From positions 23,596-87,595 of the forward strand of contig JAFGIV010000005.1 in NCBI GenBank assembly GCA_016929435.1: a stretch of 64,000 nt of DNA, written 5' to 3'. Every line of letters begins with the position of its first letter. Positions within the stretch are counted from its first letter, which is position 1. Below are positions 28,567 through 38,768 of this stretch, piece after piece. The notes beneath the pieces are model-generated. The model did no database searches. It was not told the DNA's origin and was given only the letters and a program-made list of their open reading frames with translations. A program made the translations under genes and the position numbers. This DNA is from Candidatus Uhrbacteria bacterium. Its GTDB lineage: Bacteria; Patescibacteriota; Patescibacteriia; SG8-24.

Positions 28567-29553
28567 CTATCTTTCCCTTGTTTTCAGGGCACAGATCTTG
28601 GCCGTCAGGTTGGCGGTGAACAGGCCAAGGCTTATTTTGGGGAGGGCTGAGCCGGTTTTCAGTCCCCTTTCGATTCTTGCCAGGTCCCGCATCAGTTTTT
28701 CCAGAAGGCGGGAATCGTATCTTTGGGCCGCCTGCCAGGCTTTCTTGGCGGCAAACGGGTGCACACCCAACCGGGTCGCGGCGTTGGCCTGTCCTGTCCC
28801 GTTGGCCATCATGTCCCGGCAGAGCGCAATCAGGCGGAAATGGCGCTGCAGCAGGGAAACAACCTGGATTTCCGGCTCCCCGGCGGCCAGGAGGTTCTCC
28901 AGGGAAGTCATGGCCATGGTCCCGTTCCCGTCCGTGCAGGCATCGATGTACCTGAACACCGATTCCTCTCGGCTGCCGGTCACCAGGGAATCGACGTCCT
29001 GGACCGTTATCCGGTCCCTCTTGCCCGACAGGACCAGGGCCGTCAGCTTGGCGGTCTCTTGGTGGATGCGCCAGGAATCGGATTCAACCGCTTCCGTCAG
29101 CTTCCGCAGGGCCGCGGATTCGAAACAGACCCCACCTTCCGAGGCCGCATCCACGGCTGACCGCCCGGCCTCAAGCGGGGACATTGTCCGGTATTCCCGG
29201 CTGTATTTCTGCCTGAAAATGAGGTTAAACAGGGGTGATTTCGCCAGTTTTTTCGGGTCGGATTCCTCAAAAAAAACAACCACCGTACTTTCCGGCTTCC
29301 GCCCGATTATCCCCGCCAATTCCTCCTGGTCCCCCTTTGGCAGGCTGCAGAACCCCTCCAGGATGAGCATTTTCCTTTCAGCCAGGAAGGGAGAGGCGAA
29401 AATTTCGTTTCTGGCCCTTTCCAGTCCGTTCTGGGATGTCAGGCGGACGGTGTTTAGGCCGGAGGAGTCGCGGTCATGGCAGAACTTGGCCTTGGTCGCC
29501 CGAAGGGCCCGGCGGGACCTGAAGGTATCCTCTCCGTATATCAGGAAGAACAT
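28567..29553 (-). CDS. holA: DNA polymerase III delta subunit
   Basis: LIYGED.F, SPFLAERK, E..KL, GVHPF..KK and LKTG motifs, adjacent to rpsT. Confidence 0.88.
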   Translation of the reverse strand: MFFLIYGEDTFRSRRALRATKAKFCHDRDSSGLNTVRLTSQNGLERARNEIFASPFLAERKMLILEGFCSLPKGDQEELAGIIGRKPESTVVVFFEESDPKKLAKSPLFNLIFRQKYSREYRTMSPLEAGRSAVDAASEGGVCFESAALRKLTEAVESDSWRIHQETAKLTALVLSGKRDRITVQDVDSLVTGSREESVFRYIDACTDGNGTMAMTSLENLLAAGEPEIQVVSLLQRHFRLIALCRDMMANGTGQANAATRLGVHPFAAKKAWQAAQRYDSRLLEKLMRDLARIERGLKTGSALPKISLGLFTANLTAKICALKTRER

Positions 29554-29562
29554 GCGTTTTCG

Positions 29563-32325
29563 TTAGGTTAATTCCAATTCCCCCATCCTTCCCCAATCCC
29601 GGCCGACCTTAAGCTTTACCTCGATCGGTACGGTCAGGTCGGTTACGGAAGCCATGGTGTCCCGGATGACCGGTCCGGCCCCCCTTTCCAGGCCCTCGTC
29701 CATTTCGAAGATCAGCTCGTCGTGAACCTGGATTATCATCCTGACGCCATCCCCAAAGCCGTCGCGGAGACGGCGGTCCAGGCGGATCATGGCCAGCTTG
29801 ATCATGTCCGCCTCGCTTCCCTGGATCGGTGTGTTGATGGCCTGCCGTTCCGCCTCGGCCCGTTCCCTCTGGTTCATGGCCCAGAAATTCCGGAAGAACC
29901 GCCGGCGTCCGAAGATGGTCTCCACGTACCCGTCCCTGGCGACCTTGGCCTTGGTTTCCGAGATGTAGCGGGCCAGTCCGGGATGGATGGCGAAATACTG
30001 GTCAATGTATTCCTGGGCCTCCGCCCGCCCTATGTTGGCGCTGGCGGCCAGCCGGTTGGCGCCCATTCCGAACAGGATGCCGAAGTTGATGGCCTTGGCC
30101 ACCCTCCGCTTTCCCTCCGCTTCCCCCTCCCCGAACATGGCGGCGGCCGTGCGCCAATGGATATCCTCCCCCCTCCGGAAGGATTCGATCATCATCTCCT
30201 CTTGGGCGATATGGGCGGCAATCCGCAGTTCGATCTGTGAATAGTCCGCGGCCAGGAGAACGGATCCCTTCGGAGCGACGAATCCCCGGCGGACCCGTTC
30301 CGCCCACTGGCTGTCCCGGGTCGGTATGTTCTGGAGGTTGGGGTCGGACGAGGAGAGCCTTCCCGTGGCGGTTACGGCCTGGTTGAACCGGGCGTGGATG
30401 CGCCCGCTGTCCGGATCGGCCATTTCCGGAAGGGTATCGGCATAGGTGGACCGGATCTTGGTCGCCTCCCGGTAGGCCAGTATCGGTTCGATGATCGGGT
30501 GGAGTCCGGCCATTTTTTCCAGTTCGGATGCGGCCGTGGACATCTCCCTGTTCTTTGCCGTCCTCTTCAGTCCGGCTACGTTCAGGGCCAGGCGCCCGAA
30601 CAGGATTTCCTGCAGCTGTTTGGGCGAGTTGATGTTGAATTTCTCCCCGGCCAGCCGGTGTATCTCTCCGGTCAGGGCATCCAGCCGTTCCTTCAGTTCC
30701 GCCGAAAGATTCCGGAAATAGTCCCTGTCCACCATGACCCCAAACCTTTCCATTCCGGAAAGGACCGGCGCCAGGGGAACCTCAATGTCCCGATAGAGCG
30801 GGGTCATGCCCGACTTCTCGATCTGGCCGAGGAACTCGTCTGTCAGGGGGATGAGGTGCGGAAGTTCAGCGGCCAACCTTTCCCTCTTCCCGGCCGAATC
30901 GCGGTTTTTCGGCTCCGGTTCGATGTCCCGGTAATAGGCCAGCAGGGAAGGCAATTCGCTCTTGCGTTCCCCGGCCAGCATCAGGTAGGAGGCCAGCATC
31001 AGGTCATTGACCGTTCCGCCGGTCTTTAGCCCCAGGCTGCCCAAGGCCGTGGTCTCCCTCTTCAGGTCATGGCAATACTTGGTCGATTCGGGCGATGACA
31101 GTATTTTTTTCAGGGCATCCAGGTTTCTTTTGACGGTCGGGAGATCGAGAAAACGGTTTTGTCGGCCGTCGTTGATGCCGATGCCCAGTATTTCCGGGGA
31201 GGACGGACGGTCATCGGCCAGAAGGCACCGGAAGGCCATTTTTTCCGCTTTCCGGAGATTTTCCAGGAAAACGACCAATCCATCCTCTGTTCCGGTTTCC
31301 GGAAATTCCGTTCTTTCCGTCCGGGTGTCGGGTTCCTTCCCTTCCTTTTTTTTGGGGGTGACCGTGGTTTTCCCTTCCTCCCGCTCCTCCCGCGGGGAGG
31401 TAGGGGGAGATTCCTTGCCGTCCGGCCACTGCTCCAGCAGGCGGTTGAACTGCAGTTCCTCAAACAGCGGCTCAATCCTTGATTTGGGGACGGTCCGGTA
31501 TTCGGCGGCCTTCAGGTCCAGGTCAATCGGCACGTCGGTCCTGATCCGGACCAGGTCCAGGGCCTTCAGGGCGTCGTTTTTTCCGTTAATGAGCCTCTCC
31601 CTGACCGATGCCCTCATCTTGTCGGATGGCCCCTTTTCCCCCTCGATCGTTCGGTAGAGTTTTTCGATTGAACCGAATTCCGAAATCAGTTGGCTGGCCG
31701 TCTTTTCCCCGATTCCCCTGACTCCGGGGATGTTGTCGGACGGATCCCCGCGTAGGGCCTTGTAGTCGATCATCTGGGACGGCCGGAGTCCGTAGCGCTC
31801 CTCCACACGGGCCGGGTCGTACGTGACCGTATCGGTCAGGCCGCGACGCATGGTGAAGACATGGACCCGGTCGTTGACCAGTTGGAGGGTGTCCAGGTCA
31901 CCGGTCACGATGACCGTCCGCATCTCCCGGTCGGCTTCGCTGGCCATCCGGGCGACCGTACCGATGACGTCGTCCGCCTCATACCCCTCGGCGGTCAGGA
32001 CCGGCACCCCCATCCGTTCCAGGATGCCTTCGACGATCGGAATCTGGGCGTAGAGCTCATCCGGGTGTTTGGCCCGTCCGGCCTTGTATTCGCCGTATTT
32101 CTCGTGCCGGAAGGTCGGCTGGGCCAGGTCAAAGGTGACTATCAGGTGACTGGGGCTGAATTTCCTGACGGCGGAAAGCATGGTCATCATGAATCCGTAG
32201 GCTCCGGAAATCACCCGCCCGTCCCTGGTGGCGAGCGGCGGCAGGGCATGCCAGGCCCGATGGAGGACGGCATTGCCGTCAATCAGGATCAGCAGCCTTT
32301 TCTGGTCGTTTTTCGGTTCGGTCAT
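29563..32325 (-). CDS. polA: DNA polymerase I
   Basis: 5'-3' exonuclease domain (IDGN, YEADDVIGT, GDPSDNIPGV) and polymerase motifs TGRLSS, DYSQIELR, KAINFG and QVHDEL. Confidence 0.97.
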   Translation of the reverse strand: MTEPKNDQKRLLILIDGNAVLHRAWHALPPLATRDGRVISGAYGFMMTMLSAVRKFSPSHLIVTFDLAQPTFRHEKYGEYKAGRAKHPDELYAQIPIVEGILERMGVPVLTAEGYEADDVIGTVARMASEADREMRTVIVTGDLDTLQLVNDRVHVFTMRRGLTDTVTYDPARVEERYGLRPSQMIDYKALRGDPSDNIPGVRGIGEKTASQLISEFGSIEKLYRTIEGEKGPSDKMRASVRERLINGKNDALKALDLVRIRTDVPIDLDLKAAEYRTVPKSRIEPLFEELQFNRLLEQWPDGKESPPTSPREEREEGKTTVTPKKKEGKEPDTRTERTEFPETGTEDGLVVFLENLRKAEKMAFRCLLADDRPSSPEILGIGINDGRQNRFLDLPTVKRNLDALKKILSSPESTKYCHDLKRETTALGSLGLKTGGTVNDLMLASYLMLAGERKSELPSLLAYYRDIEPEPKNRDSAGKRERLAAELPHLIPLTDEFLGQIEKSGMTPLYRDIEVPLAPVLSGMERFGVMVDRDYFRNLSAELKERLDALTGEIHRLAGEKFNINSPKQLQEILFGRLALNVAGLKRTAKNREMSTAASELEKMAGLHPIIEPILAYREATKIRSTYADTLPEMADPDSGRIHARFNQAVTATGRLSSSDPNLQNIPTRDSQWAERVRRGFVAPKGSVLLAADYSQIELRIAAHIAQEEMMIESFRRGEDIHWRTAAAMFGEGEAEGKRRVAKAINFGILFGMGANRLAASANIGRAEAQEYIDQYFAIHPGLARYISETKAKVARDGYVETIFGRRRFFRNFWAMNQRERAEAERQAINTPIQGSEADMIKLAMIRLDRRLRDGFGDGVRMIIQVHDELIFEMDEGLERGAGPVIRDTMASVTDLTVPIEVKLKVGRDWGRMGELELT

Positions 32326-32453
32326 ACGGCCTTATTCTATCAGATGGGGGACTTGCCGTCTTTCGCCCGAATGTTGCGGGAACCGGAAGGGGACTTGTTT
32401 TTTGGGCGGTTTCCGGTTAAGGTCGAATCAAGTAAAACAAAAAGGAGGAAACC

Positions 32454-33086
32454 TTGACAATCAAGGCCATTTTGTCTGATCTGGGCAATGTCGTCGCCGG
32501 ATTTAAAACGCAGAGATACACTGACTGCTATGCGGACATCCCGTCGGTTCGCCGTCACCTGAACGGCGATCGAGAGGCAGCGGAAGGGCTGGAGGAAAAA
32601 ATTCGGGATGTGCACCGTAGGGTCGAGATCGGTCTCCTGACCGAACCGGAATTCCGAAGGGAAATTTCCTGTTGTCTGGGCCTCAGACGAACCATCAGTT
32701 GGAAAGAGATGTATCGTCGTTTCTACGGCATCTTTACCCTGAACGAACCGATCCGGTACCTGTGGGAGAGATTAAGAAGGTCAGGATTGGTCTTGGTGGC
32801 CGTATCCAATGTCTGTCCAGGACAGGAGGAGGGAATGAGAAGGATCGGGGCCTTGGCCCCGTTCGATCATCTGGTCATGTCTTACAGGGAGGGTATTGTC
32901 AAGCCGTCCACGGAACTGATGGTTCGGGCCCTGGATCGGGCCGGGGCAGCGGCGGAAGAGGCGGTGTTCATCGACGACACGGAAAAAAACCTGGATCCGG
33001 CCATTGAATTGGGAATAAGGACCCATTGTTTCCGTGGATTTACTGGATTGCTCGCCTTTTTAGTGGATTGCGGGTTGGTTTCTTAA
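32454..33086 (+). CDS. HAD-superfamily phosphatase
   Basis: DLGNV (motif I), SN, KP and FIDD motifs. TTG start with an AGGAGG RBS. Confidence 0.85.
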   Translation: MTIKAILSDLGNVVAGFKTQRYTDCYADIPSVRRHLNGDREAAEGLEEKIRDVHRRVEIGLLTEPEFRREISCCLGLRRTISWKEMYRRFYGIFTLNEPIRYLWERLRRSGLVLVAVSNVCPGQEEGMRRIGALAPFDHLVMSYREGIVKPSTELMVRALDRAGAAAEEAVFIDDTEKNLDPAIELGIRTHCFRGFTGLLAFLVDCGLVS

Positions 33087-33125
33087 AAGGGGAAATCTCC
33101 GTTCGTAAGGGACGGCATCTTCGTT

Positions 33126-33161
33126 AAAAGACATCCGGGCACACTGTTTCGGATGTCTTTT
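33126..33161. terminator. Bidirectional intrinsic terminator
   Basis: AAAAGACATCCG...CGGATGTCTTTT. Confidence 0.65.
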
Positions 33162-33208
33162 GTCATTTCAATTCAAAACACCCCGCCGCCGGGGTGTTCG
33201 TTCGTCTC

Positions 33209-33283
33209 TGGAGGCCCGGGCGGGAATTGCACCCGCGCATAAGGGTTTTGCAGACCCGTGCCTTACTGCTTGGCTACCGGGCC
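33209..33283 (-). tRNA. tRNA-Cys(GCA)
   Basis: Reverse complement GGCCCGGTAGCCAAG...GGGT-CTGCAAA-ACCC...GGGCCTCCA, anticodon GCA. Confidence 0.92.
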
Positions 33284-33417
33284 GAATGGTAGCGATGTTT
33301 TTTTACCATGTTTTCCGGTCCGGCGCAAATTCCGGGTCAGGGGATTGGGTATTGTGTTGCGGGTAAGGATATCCCAAACAATAAGTCCCCGGTATTGGGA
33401 AATTCGGGAGGAAACCG

Positions 33418-34785
33418 CTATGGCCAGACGTAATTGTCCCAAACCCATGTTACCGCCCGTTCGGTCTCGCTGAAAACCCAATTCTGGGCATCGCTTCCGA
33501 AAATGACGGCAATGACCGGCCTTTTCCTGTGGTCCCTTACCTTAAGGGCCAGGTTCCACTGTGATTCGATCAGGTATCCGGTCTTTCCGCCCAACACATA
33601 CAGTCCGTTGTTCGGATCGGTCAGCAGTTTGTTGGTGTGCTCCAGTTCGCGGATTTCACCGTCCATGGACATTACCGTCTGTTTCGACGTACTGGCGGCC
33701 CTACGAATTTCGTGGTAGTTGTCCATGGCGTAGGCCAGCATGACCGCCACTTCCCTGGCATTGGATACGTTATCCAACTCCAGTCCGGTCGGGTCGGCGA
33801 AGGCGGTTTCGGTCAGTCCGATCTCCTCGGCCTTCCGGTTCATCTCGGCCACGAATTCGGGGATGGACAGGCCGGTGGATCGGGCCAGGGCGTGGGCAGT
33901 GTTGTTGGCCGATCCGATTAGGGTGGCGTAGAGGAGGTTCTGGACCGTCAGCCGGCTGCCGACATCCATCCTTAACCGGGCCCCTCCCACCTCGTCCTGG
34001 GTCTCCAGTGTCATTACCCTGTTCAGGGGAATGCCACTATCAAGCACCACCATGGCCGTCATCAGTTTGGTGATGGACGCGATCGGCCATTGGGCGAGCG
34101 AATTTTTGGACAGCAGAACCTCCCCGCTGGCCGCATCCGCCACCAGCAGGCTGTCGGCCGTAACCAGACTGAACGGAAAGGAGGCCCCGGCTTTCATGGT
34201 CGGACCCCTTCCGTTCGCCCCGGGAAGGTCCAGCGGGGAGAGCGGATCGATTTTTCCCGCCGTGGTTTCCGGTGCGGTCCTGTCCGCGGTCTCGTCGGTG
34301 TCTGACGGTGCGGGAACGTCCTTTTCGGCAATGTCGTCGGGGGAATAGAAATACAGGTCTGACGGGTATTCCCCGTATCCCCACTTCCTTGCCCAATCTT
34401 CCAGATCGGTCAGTTGGTGGGTATCGGCCGCCGGACGGATGTTCCAGGTGGACGGATCAAAGATTTTCTGCAGGTCGGTTCGTTGGTTATAGATGTTTTT
34501 CAGGACTTCCCGGCAGGCCAGGTATTCGGAGCCGGGGGAATAGTCCCGGAGCCGTTCCGGGTATTCCCCGTATCCCCATTTTTTCGCCCAATCCTCCAGA
34601 TCGGTCAGGTCATGCTTGGCGGTTTGGGTGTCCCTGATCCTCCAGTCCGTGTCCCGAAATACCGCCTGCAGGTCTGGTCTTTCGTGATAAACATCCCTAA
34701 GTTCCTCGGTGGGGGCGGCTTGGGAGAGGAATGGAAAAAACAGGATTGCCGAAAAGGCCAAGACCGATAGTGAGTGCCGTTTCAT
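33418..34785 (-). CDS. Peptidase S11 (D-Ala-D-Ala carboxy/endopeptidase, PbpG-like) with a duplicated N-terminal module
   Basis: Signal peptide, ASITK (SxxK), SAN (SxN) and KTG motifs, and two ~56-aa repeats. Confidence 0.88.
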   Translation of the reverse strand: MKRHSLSVLAFSAILFFPFLSQAAPTEELRDVYHERPDLQAVFRDTDWRIRDTQTAKHDLTDLEDWAKKWGYGEYPERLRDYSPGSEYLACREVLKNIYNQRTDLQKIFDPSTWNIRPAADTHQLTDLEDWARKWGYGEYPSDLYFYSPDDIAEKDVPAPSDTDETADRTAPETTAGKIDPLSPLDLPGANGRGPTMKAGASFPFSLVTADSLLVADAASGEVLLSKNSLAQWPIASITKLMTAMVVLDSGIPLNRVMTLETQDEVGGARLRMDVGSRLTVQNLLYATLIGSANNTAHALARSTGLSIPEFVAEMNRKAEEIGLTETAFADPTGLELDNVSNAREVAVMLAYAMDNYHEIRRAASTSKQTVMSMDGEIRELEHTNKLLTDPNNGLYVLGGKTGYLIESQWNLALKVRDHRKRPVIAVIFGSDAQNWVFSETERAVTWVWDNYVWP

Positions 34786-34786
34786 C

Positions 34787-36613
34787 CTAGTACATTGACC
34801 TTATTTCCGCCCCCGTATAGTAGTATTTCAGGATATCGATCCAGTTGGCCCCAAGGTGCTTGGCCCGGCCGTAGGCGTCGTTGGCGCTCATGCCGACCCC
34901 GTGTCCCCACAGGTCCAGGCCCGCATCGTAGGGGGCGGGGACGGAGACCAGCCAGGGGTGGGGGGTTGAGCTCCAGACCTCGGTCCAGGCGCGGGTGCGG
35001 CCGTCCGAGCGGGAGAAATAGGGGGTAACGACGATTTCCCCGCCGTACGTGACCACCTTACCCCGGGTCTCCTCCACGGCTTGCACCACTTGGGGACGGA
35101 TCAGCTCTGAGGTGTAGCCGCGATACACCTGGTCGTTGCCGGTGGTGTCCAGGTCAAAGTATTCCGCCTTGTGCTTTCCGCCGATCAGCTTGACGAACAG
35201 GGCATAGGTTCGGGCCGCGGTGACAAGGGATTTCTGGTATTCCAGCGGCGAGCCGTTCGACGTTTCCGCCAGTCCGCGCATGTAATCCTCCACAGGCAGA
35301 TCCTCCACCACCCACAGCTTGCCGGTGGCGGAGATGAAATGGAAGTCTATCTGCCCGCGGAACCGGTTGTAGTTGACCGTGGTGTCCCACACCGGGCGGT
35401 CCTCGTGGCTGGTGATCTCGAAGATGGTCGTGTCCGGGTTGACCGGCCGGAAATGGACGTGCTTGTGGGACTCGTAGGTGTAGCTGCCGTTGGTGACGGT
35501 GTATTTCCTGGTGGCAAAATCAAAGGTGGCGGTCGTCGTTCCGGAGAGGGTGACGACCGGTTGGTGGTCCCCGTCGATCAGGGTATAGGGGCCTTCGGCC
35601 CGGAGGGTCATCGATCCGGCCGATTCGAACAGGCCGATGCGGATGTTCGGTCCCTTGGGTCCGGAGGCGGACAGTTCCGGCTCGTATACCGTGCCGGACG
35701 AATCGCTGCCGGAACCGGTGGTGTAGCTGGGTGGGGTGGGGGAGAAGCCGTATACCTCGATCGGTACGCTGATTGTCCCGCCGTCCATCGGTTCCCCGTT
35801 GACGGACAGGCTGAAGCTGGCGGTGTACCGGCCGTTAGCGGACGGGGCCCTCAGGTTGATGTCGAAGAAGGATATCTGGCCCGGGCGTATCTCCTCGTCC
35901 TTCAGGGCGGCGGCCACCTCACCGTTCCAGTCCCCGCTTCGGAAGGAATAGGCGTTGCCGGCCTGGGCCATTAGCTGCGGGGTAGGGTTGCCGTTTCTCT
36001 TCCATATCTTCTGCCCGATGTTCTTGAAGGCGATTCGGAAATTTTCCGTTTCCCCCGCCCTGATGGACAGGCTGTCCGCGGAGGTCATCAGCTTGATTGC
36101 CCTGTATCCGGCGGTAGGCTTTCCGGAATCCTCGCTTACCTCGATGTTGACCGTGAACTGTCCCCCCTGGATCCAGGCGGTGTCTTCGGCGGCCAGGCGG
36201 AAGGATTCCCTGTACTGTCCGGGATTGAGCGGGGCCTGGAGCACGAACCTGAACCTTCCCGTTGCGCCGGGTCTGACTTCCGTCTCCTCCAGCCGCGTCG
36301 GCTGTTCCGCGGACATCCAGGAATTGTCCGTGAAGGCGCTGTTGCGGTAGTTCGGATCGGCGGTATAGGCGGAGACGAACCGCCGGTCATCCCGCCGCCA
36401 GGTGGCCTGCCCGGTGTTCTTGAAGACGATGGAGAATTCGGTCGATTCGCCCGGGGCCATGGTGACCGATACGGTTTCCGAACGGAGCATCTCTTGGGCG
36501 GACCAAAGAGGTGCGGCGGCCTTGGTCGAGGCAGGCAGGACCGATGCGAGGACGGAAATGGCCAGGAACGTCGCCGCAGTTTTGAGTGTTGTCTTTGGGC
36601 TTGGTTTTCTCAT
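34787..36613 (-). CDS. SpoIID/LytB-domain protein with two NBR1-type Ig-like domains
   Basis: Two copies of F...FKN.G..W...V.PG...F...L.AP...G.Y, then EDYMRGLAE, AARTYA, DQVY.G, GHGVGMS and ILKYYYTG. Confidence 0.85.
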   Translation of the reverse strand: MRKPSPKTTLKTAATFLAISVLASVLPASTKAAAPLWSAQEMLRSETVSVTMAPGESTEFSIVFKNTGQATWRRDDRRFVSAYTADPNYRNSAFTDNSWMSAEQPTRLEETEVRPGATGRFRFVLQAPLNPGQYRESFRLAAEDTAWIQGGQFTVNIEVSEDSGKPTAGYRAIKLMTSADSLSIRAGETENFRIAFKNIGQKIWKRNGNPTPQLMAQAGNAYSFRSGDWNGEVAAALKDEEIRPGQISFFDINLRAPSANGRYTASFSLSVNGEPMDGGTISVPIEVYGFSPTPPSYTTGSGSDSSGTVYEPELSASGPKGPNIRIGLFESAGSMTLRAEGPYTLIDGDHQPVVTLSGTTTATFDFATRKYTVTNGSYTYESHKHVHFRPVNPDTTIFEITSHEDRPVWDTTVNYNRFRGQIDFHFISATGKLWVVEDLPVEDYMRGLAETSNGSPLEYQKSLVTAARTYALFVKLIGGKHKAEYFDLDTTGNDQVYRGYTSELIRPQVVQAVEETRGKVVTYGGEIVVTPYFSRSDGRTRAWTEVWSSTPHPWLVSVPAPYDAGLDLWGHGVGMSANDAYGRAKHLGANWIDILKYYYTGAEIRSMY

Positions 36614-36656
36614 ATGCCTTAATTATATCATGGGGGGTGCTATAATTGCCCATGTC

Positions 36657-38084
36657 ATGTCTTTGACCAACCGCATCCTGGGCAATACGGTCATGCAGGT
36701 CGGCGGCAAGTTCGCGGGCACTTTTTTCGGTATCCTGACGGTAATGGTCATGACCCGGCATTTGGGACTGGAGGGTTACGGCCAGTTCACCACCGCCACC
36801 TCCTTCCTGCAGTTTTTCGGCGTTTTGGCGGATTTTGGCCTGACCCTGACCCTGATGCGGATGATCGCCAGGCCCGGGGCGGATGAGACGGGGCTTTCCG
36901 GAAACGTTTTTGGCCTGCGCCTGCTGTCGGCCGTCGCCTGTTTCGGCGGGGCGGCCCTGTTGGGCCTGGCCTTTCCCTACCCGCCGATAGTCAAGCTGTC
37001 CATTGCCGTCGGTTCCCTCTCCTTCCTGTTCATGTCCCTGACGTCGGTCTTGGGAGGGGTCTTCCAGAAACGGCTGGCTACGGCCAGGTTTGCCCTGGCC
37101 GAGGTTTTCGGGCGGCTGTTGCTGTTTATGGGGGTTTTGCTTGTCGGTTGGCTCGGTTACGGTCTCCTGGCGGTCATCCTGATGCTGGTCTTGGGCAATG
37201 CCCTGCAGTTCGCCATGAGTTGGGTCTTTCTCCGCCGCCTTGTTCCGGTCCGGCCCCTTTTCGAGATGTCGGTCTGGCGGGAGATAGTTTCGGAAAGCTG
37301 GCCCATCGGCGTGACCACGGCCCTGAACCTGGTCTATCTCAAGGGTGACGTCATTGTCCTGTCCCTTTTCCGTTCCCAATCCGAGATTGGCGTTTATGGG
37401 GCGGCCTACAAGGTTCTGGACGTCATCACCGTCATCCCCGTGGTCTTCATGGGCCTGGTAATGCCGGTTCTGGCAGCGGCCTGGTCATCCGGGGATAGGT
37501 CTCTTTTTTCCCGCCGGCTGGACCGTTCCTTCGGGTTCATGACCATGCTCGCCCTGCCGCTGGCCGCCGGGGCCTGGGCGGTCAGCGACGACCTCATGGT
37601 CCTGGTCGCCGGAACGGATTTCGTCCGGTCCGGTCCGATCCTGGCGATCCTGATGGTCGGGGCGGCCATGGTCTTTTGGGGCGGGCTGTTCGGCCATGCC
37701 ATCGTGTCCCTGGGCCTGCAGCGAAAGATCATCTGGGCCTATGCCGCCGATGCGGCCGTCTCCTTTGCCCTGTATTTTGCCTTGGTTCCGGACTACGGAA
37801 ACGTGGCGGCGGCCTGGGTGACGGTTTTTTCCGAGGCCTTCATCGCCGTGGCTACGGCGGCCATGGTGTTGGGCAGGAGCAGGGCCCGCCTCTCCCTTTC
37901 CCTGCCTGCGAAGAGTTTCCTGGCCAGCGGATTGATGTATGCCGCCCTTTTGGCCTTGCCGGATTTTCATGTCCTGTTGAGGGTCTTGTCGGGTACGGTC
38001 GTCTATTTCGGCCTGCTGTTCCTGATGGGGGGGTTGAAACGGGAGATGTTGGTGGGGGTGTTGGGGCGTCCCATATCCCCTTGA
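36657..38084 (+). CDS. Polysaccharide flippase (Wzx/MOP superfamily)
   Basis: R.LG...YG.F, DFGL and G.Y.AAY motifs with about 14 hydrophobic segments. Start reassigned to the ATG at 36657. Confidence 0.88.
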   Translation: MSLTNRILGNTVMQVGGKFAGTFFGILTVMVMTRHLGLEGYGQFTTATSFLQFFGVLADFGLTLTLMRMIARPGADETGLSGNVFGLRLLSAVACFGGAALLGLAFPYPPIVKLSIAVGSLSFLFMSLTSVLGGVFQKRLATARFALAEVFGRLLLFMGVLLVGWLGYGLLAVILMLVLGNALQFAMSWVFLRRLVPVRPLFEMSVWREIVSESWPIGVTTALNLVYLKGDVIVLSLFRSQSEIGVYGAAYKVLDVITVIPVVFMGLVMPVLAAAWSSGDRSLFSRRLDRSFGFMTMLALPLAAGAWAVSDDLMVLVAGTDFVRSGPILAILMVGAAMVFWGGLFGHAIVSLGLQRKIIWAYAADAAVSFALYFALVPDYGNVAAAWVTVFSEAFIAVATAAMVLGRSRARLSLSLPAKSFLASGLMYAALLALPDFHVLLRVLSGTVVYFGLLFLMGGLKREMLVGVLGRPISP

Positions 38085-38244
38085 CAAAACCGTATTTTCG
38101 TGCGATTATTTCCGCAATGTCGGAACCTTAAAAAATCGGGGAAACCCGGCGGAAATGCGGCAGGCCTGGTGTCCGGCAATCGTGCCGGACCGGAAGCGGG
38201 CCGCAAGAACGGCGACCGGAACGGTCGCAGATCGGAGGTGTCTA

Positions 38245-38748
38245 ATGACACACAACCATTACTTGGTCAATGCCAACCTTTCGGAGTTCTCGTCCTGCCC
38301 GACCGAGGAAAATATGAAGAGGTCGGGTGAGTTCAACTGGGCGTCGGACATCTTCGACGGACGGGAGTGGAATGACTCCTACCGTCTGGACGGCAAGGAA
38401 GTCCCCAACCCCGCCAAGGAAGGGGAAGAGAACTTCTTGGTGAAGGTGAAGGATTTCGGAATGGACATCTTGTCCGAGGACGCCATCAGGTGGGGACTGA
38501 ACGAGAAGAGTGAATTCGCCCCGGACGGATCTAGGCCGGCGACCTTGGCGGAGGGCCGGGCATTCGCTAAGGCTCACCCGACCCTTCAGTTGAATTTTCC
38601 AGTCGTTCTTTTGGGCTCGTTCGCCCTGCGCAGCGGCTATCGCCGTGTGGCGGTGCTGGACCGGTGCGGCGGCAGGCGCGGTCTCGGCGGTGGCTGGTTC
38701 GATTACGGCTGGGGCGGTGGCTATCGGTTTCTCTTCGTCCGCAAGTAG
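38245..38748 (+). CDS. Small cytoplasmic protein with a DGR variable-region-like C-terminus
   Basis: GGAGGT RBS. C-terminus reads RRVAVLDRCGGRRGLGGGWFDYGWGGGYRFLFVRK and is strongly adenine-depleted. Confidence 0.75.
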   Translation: MTHNHYLVNANLSEFSSCPTEENMKRSGEFNWASDIFDGREWNDSYRLDGKEVPNPAKEGEENFLVKVKDFGMDILSEDAIRWGLNEKSEFAPDGSRPATLAEGRAFAKAHPTLQLNFPVVLLGSFALRSGYRRVAVLDRCGGRRGLGGGWFDYGWGGGYRFLFVRK

Positions 38749-38768
38749 CCTTCCGGTTAGGAACTTGG

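Noticed and set aside
28598-29566. 322-aa plus-strand ORF, and similar long alternative-frame ORFs over pnp, dnaA, dnaN and galU
   Set aside because: Antisense to well-supported genes, with no motifs
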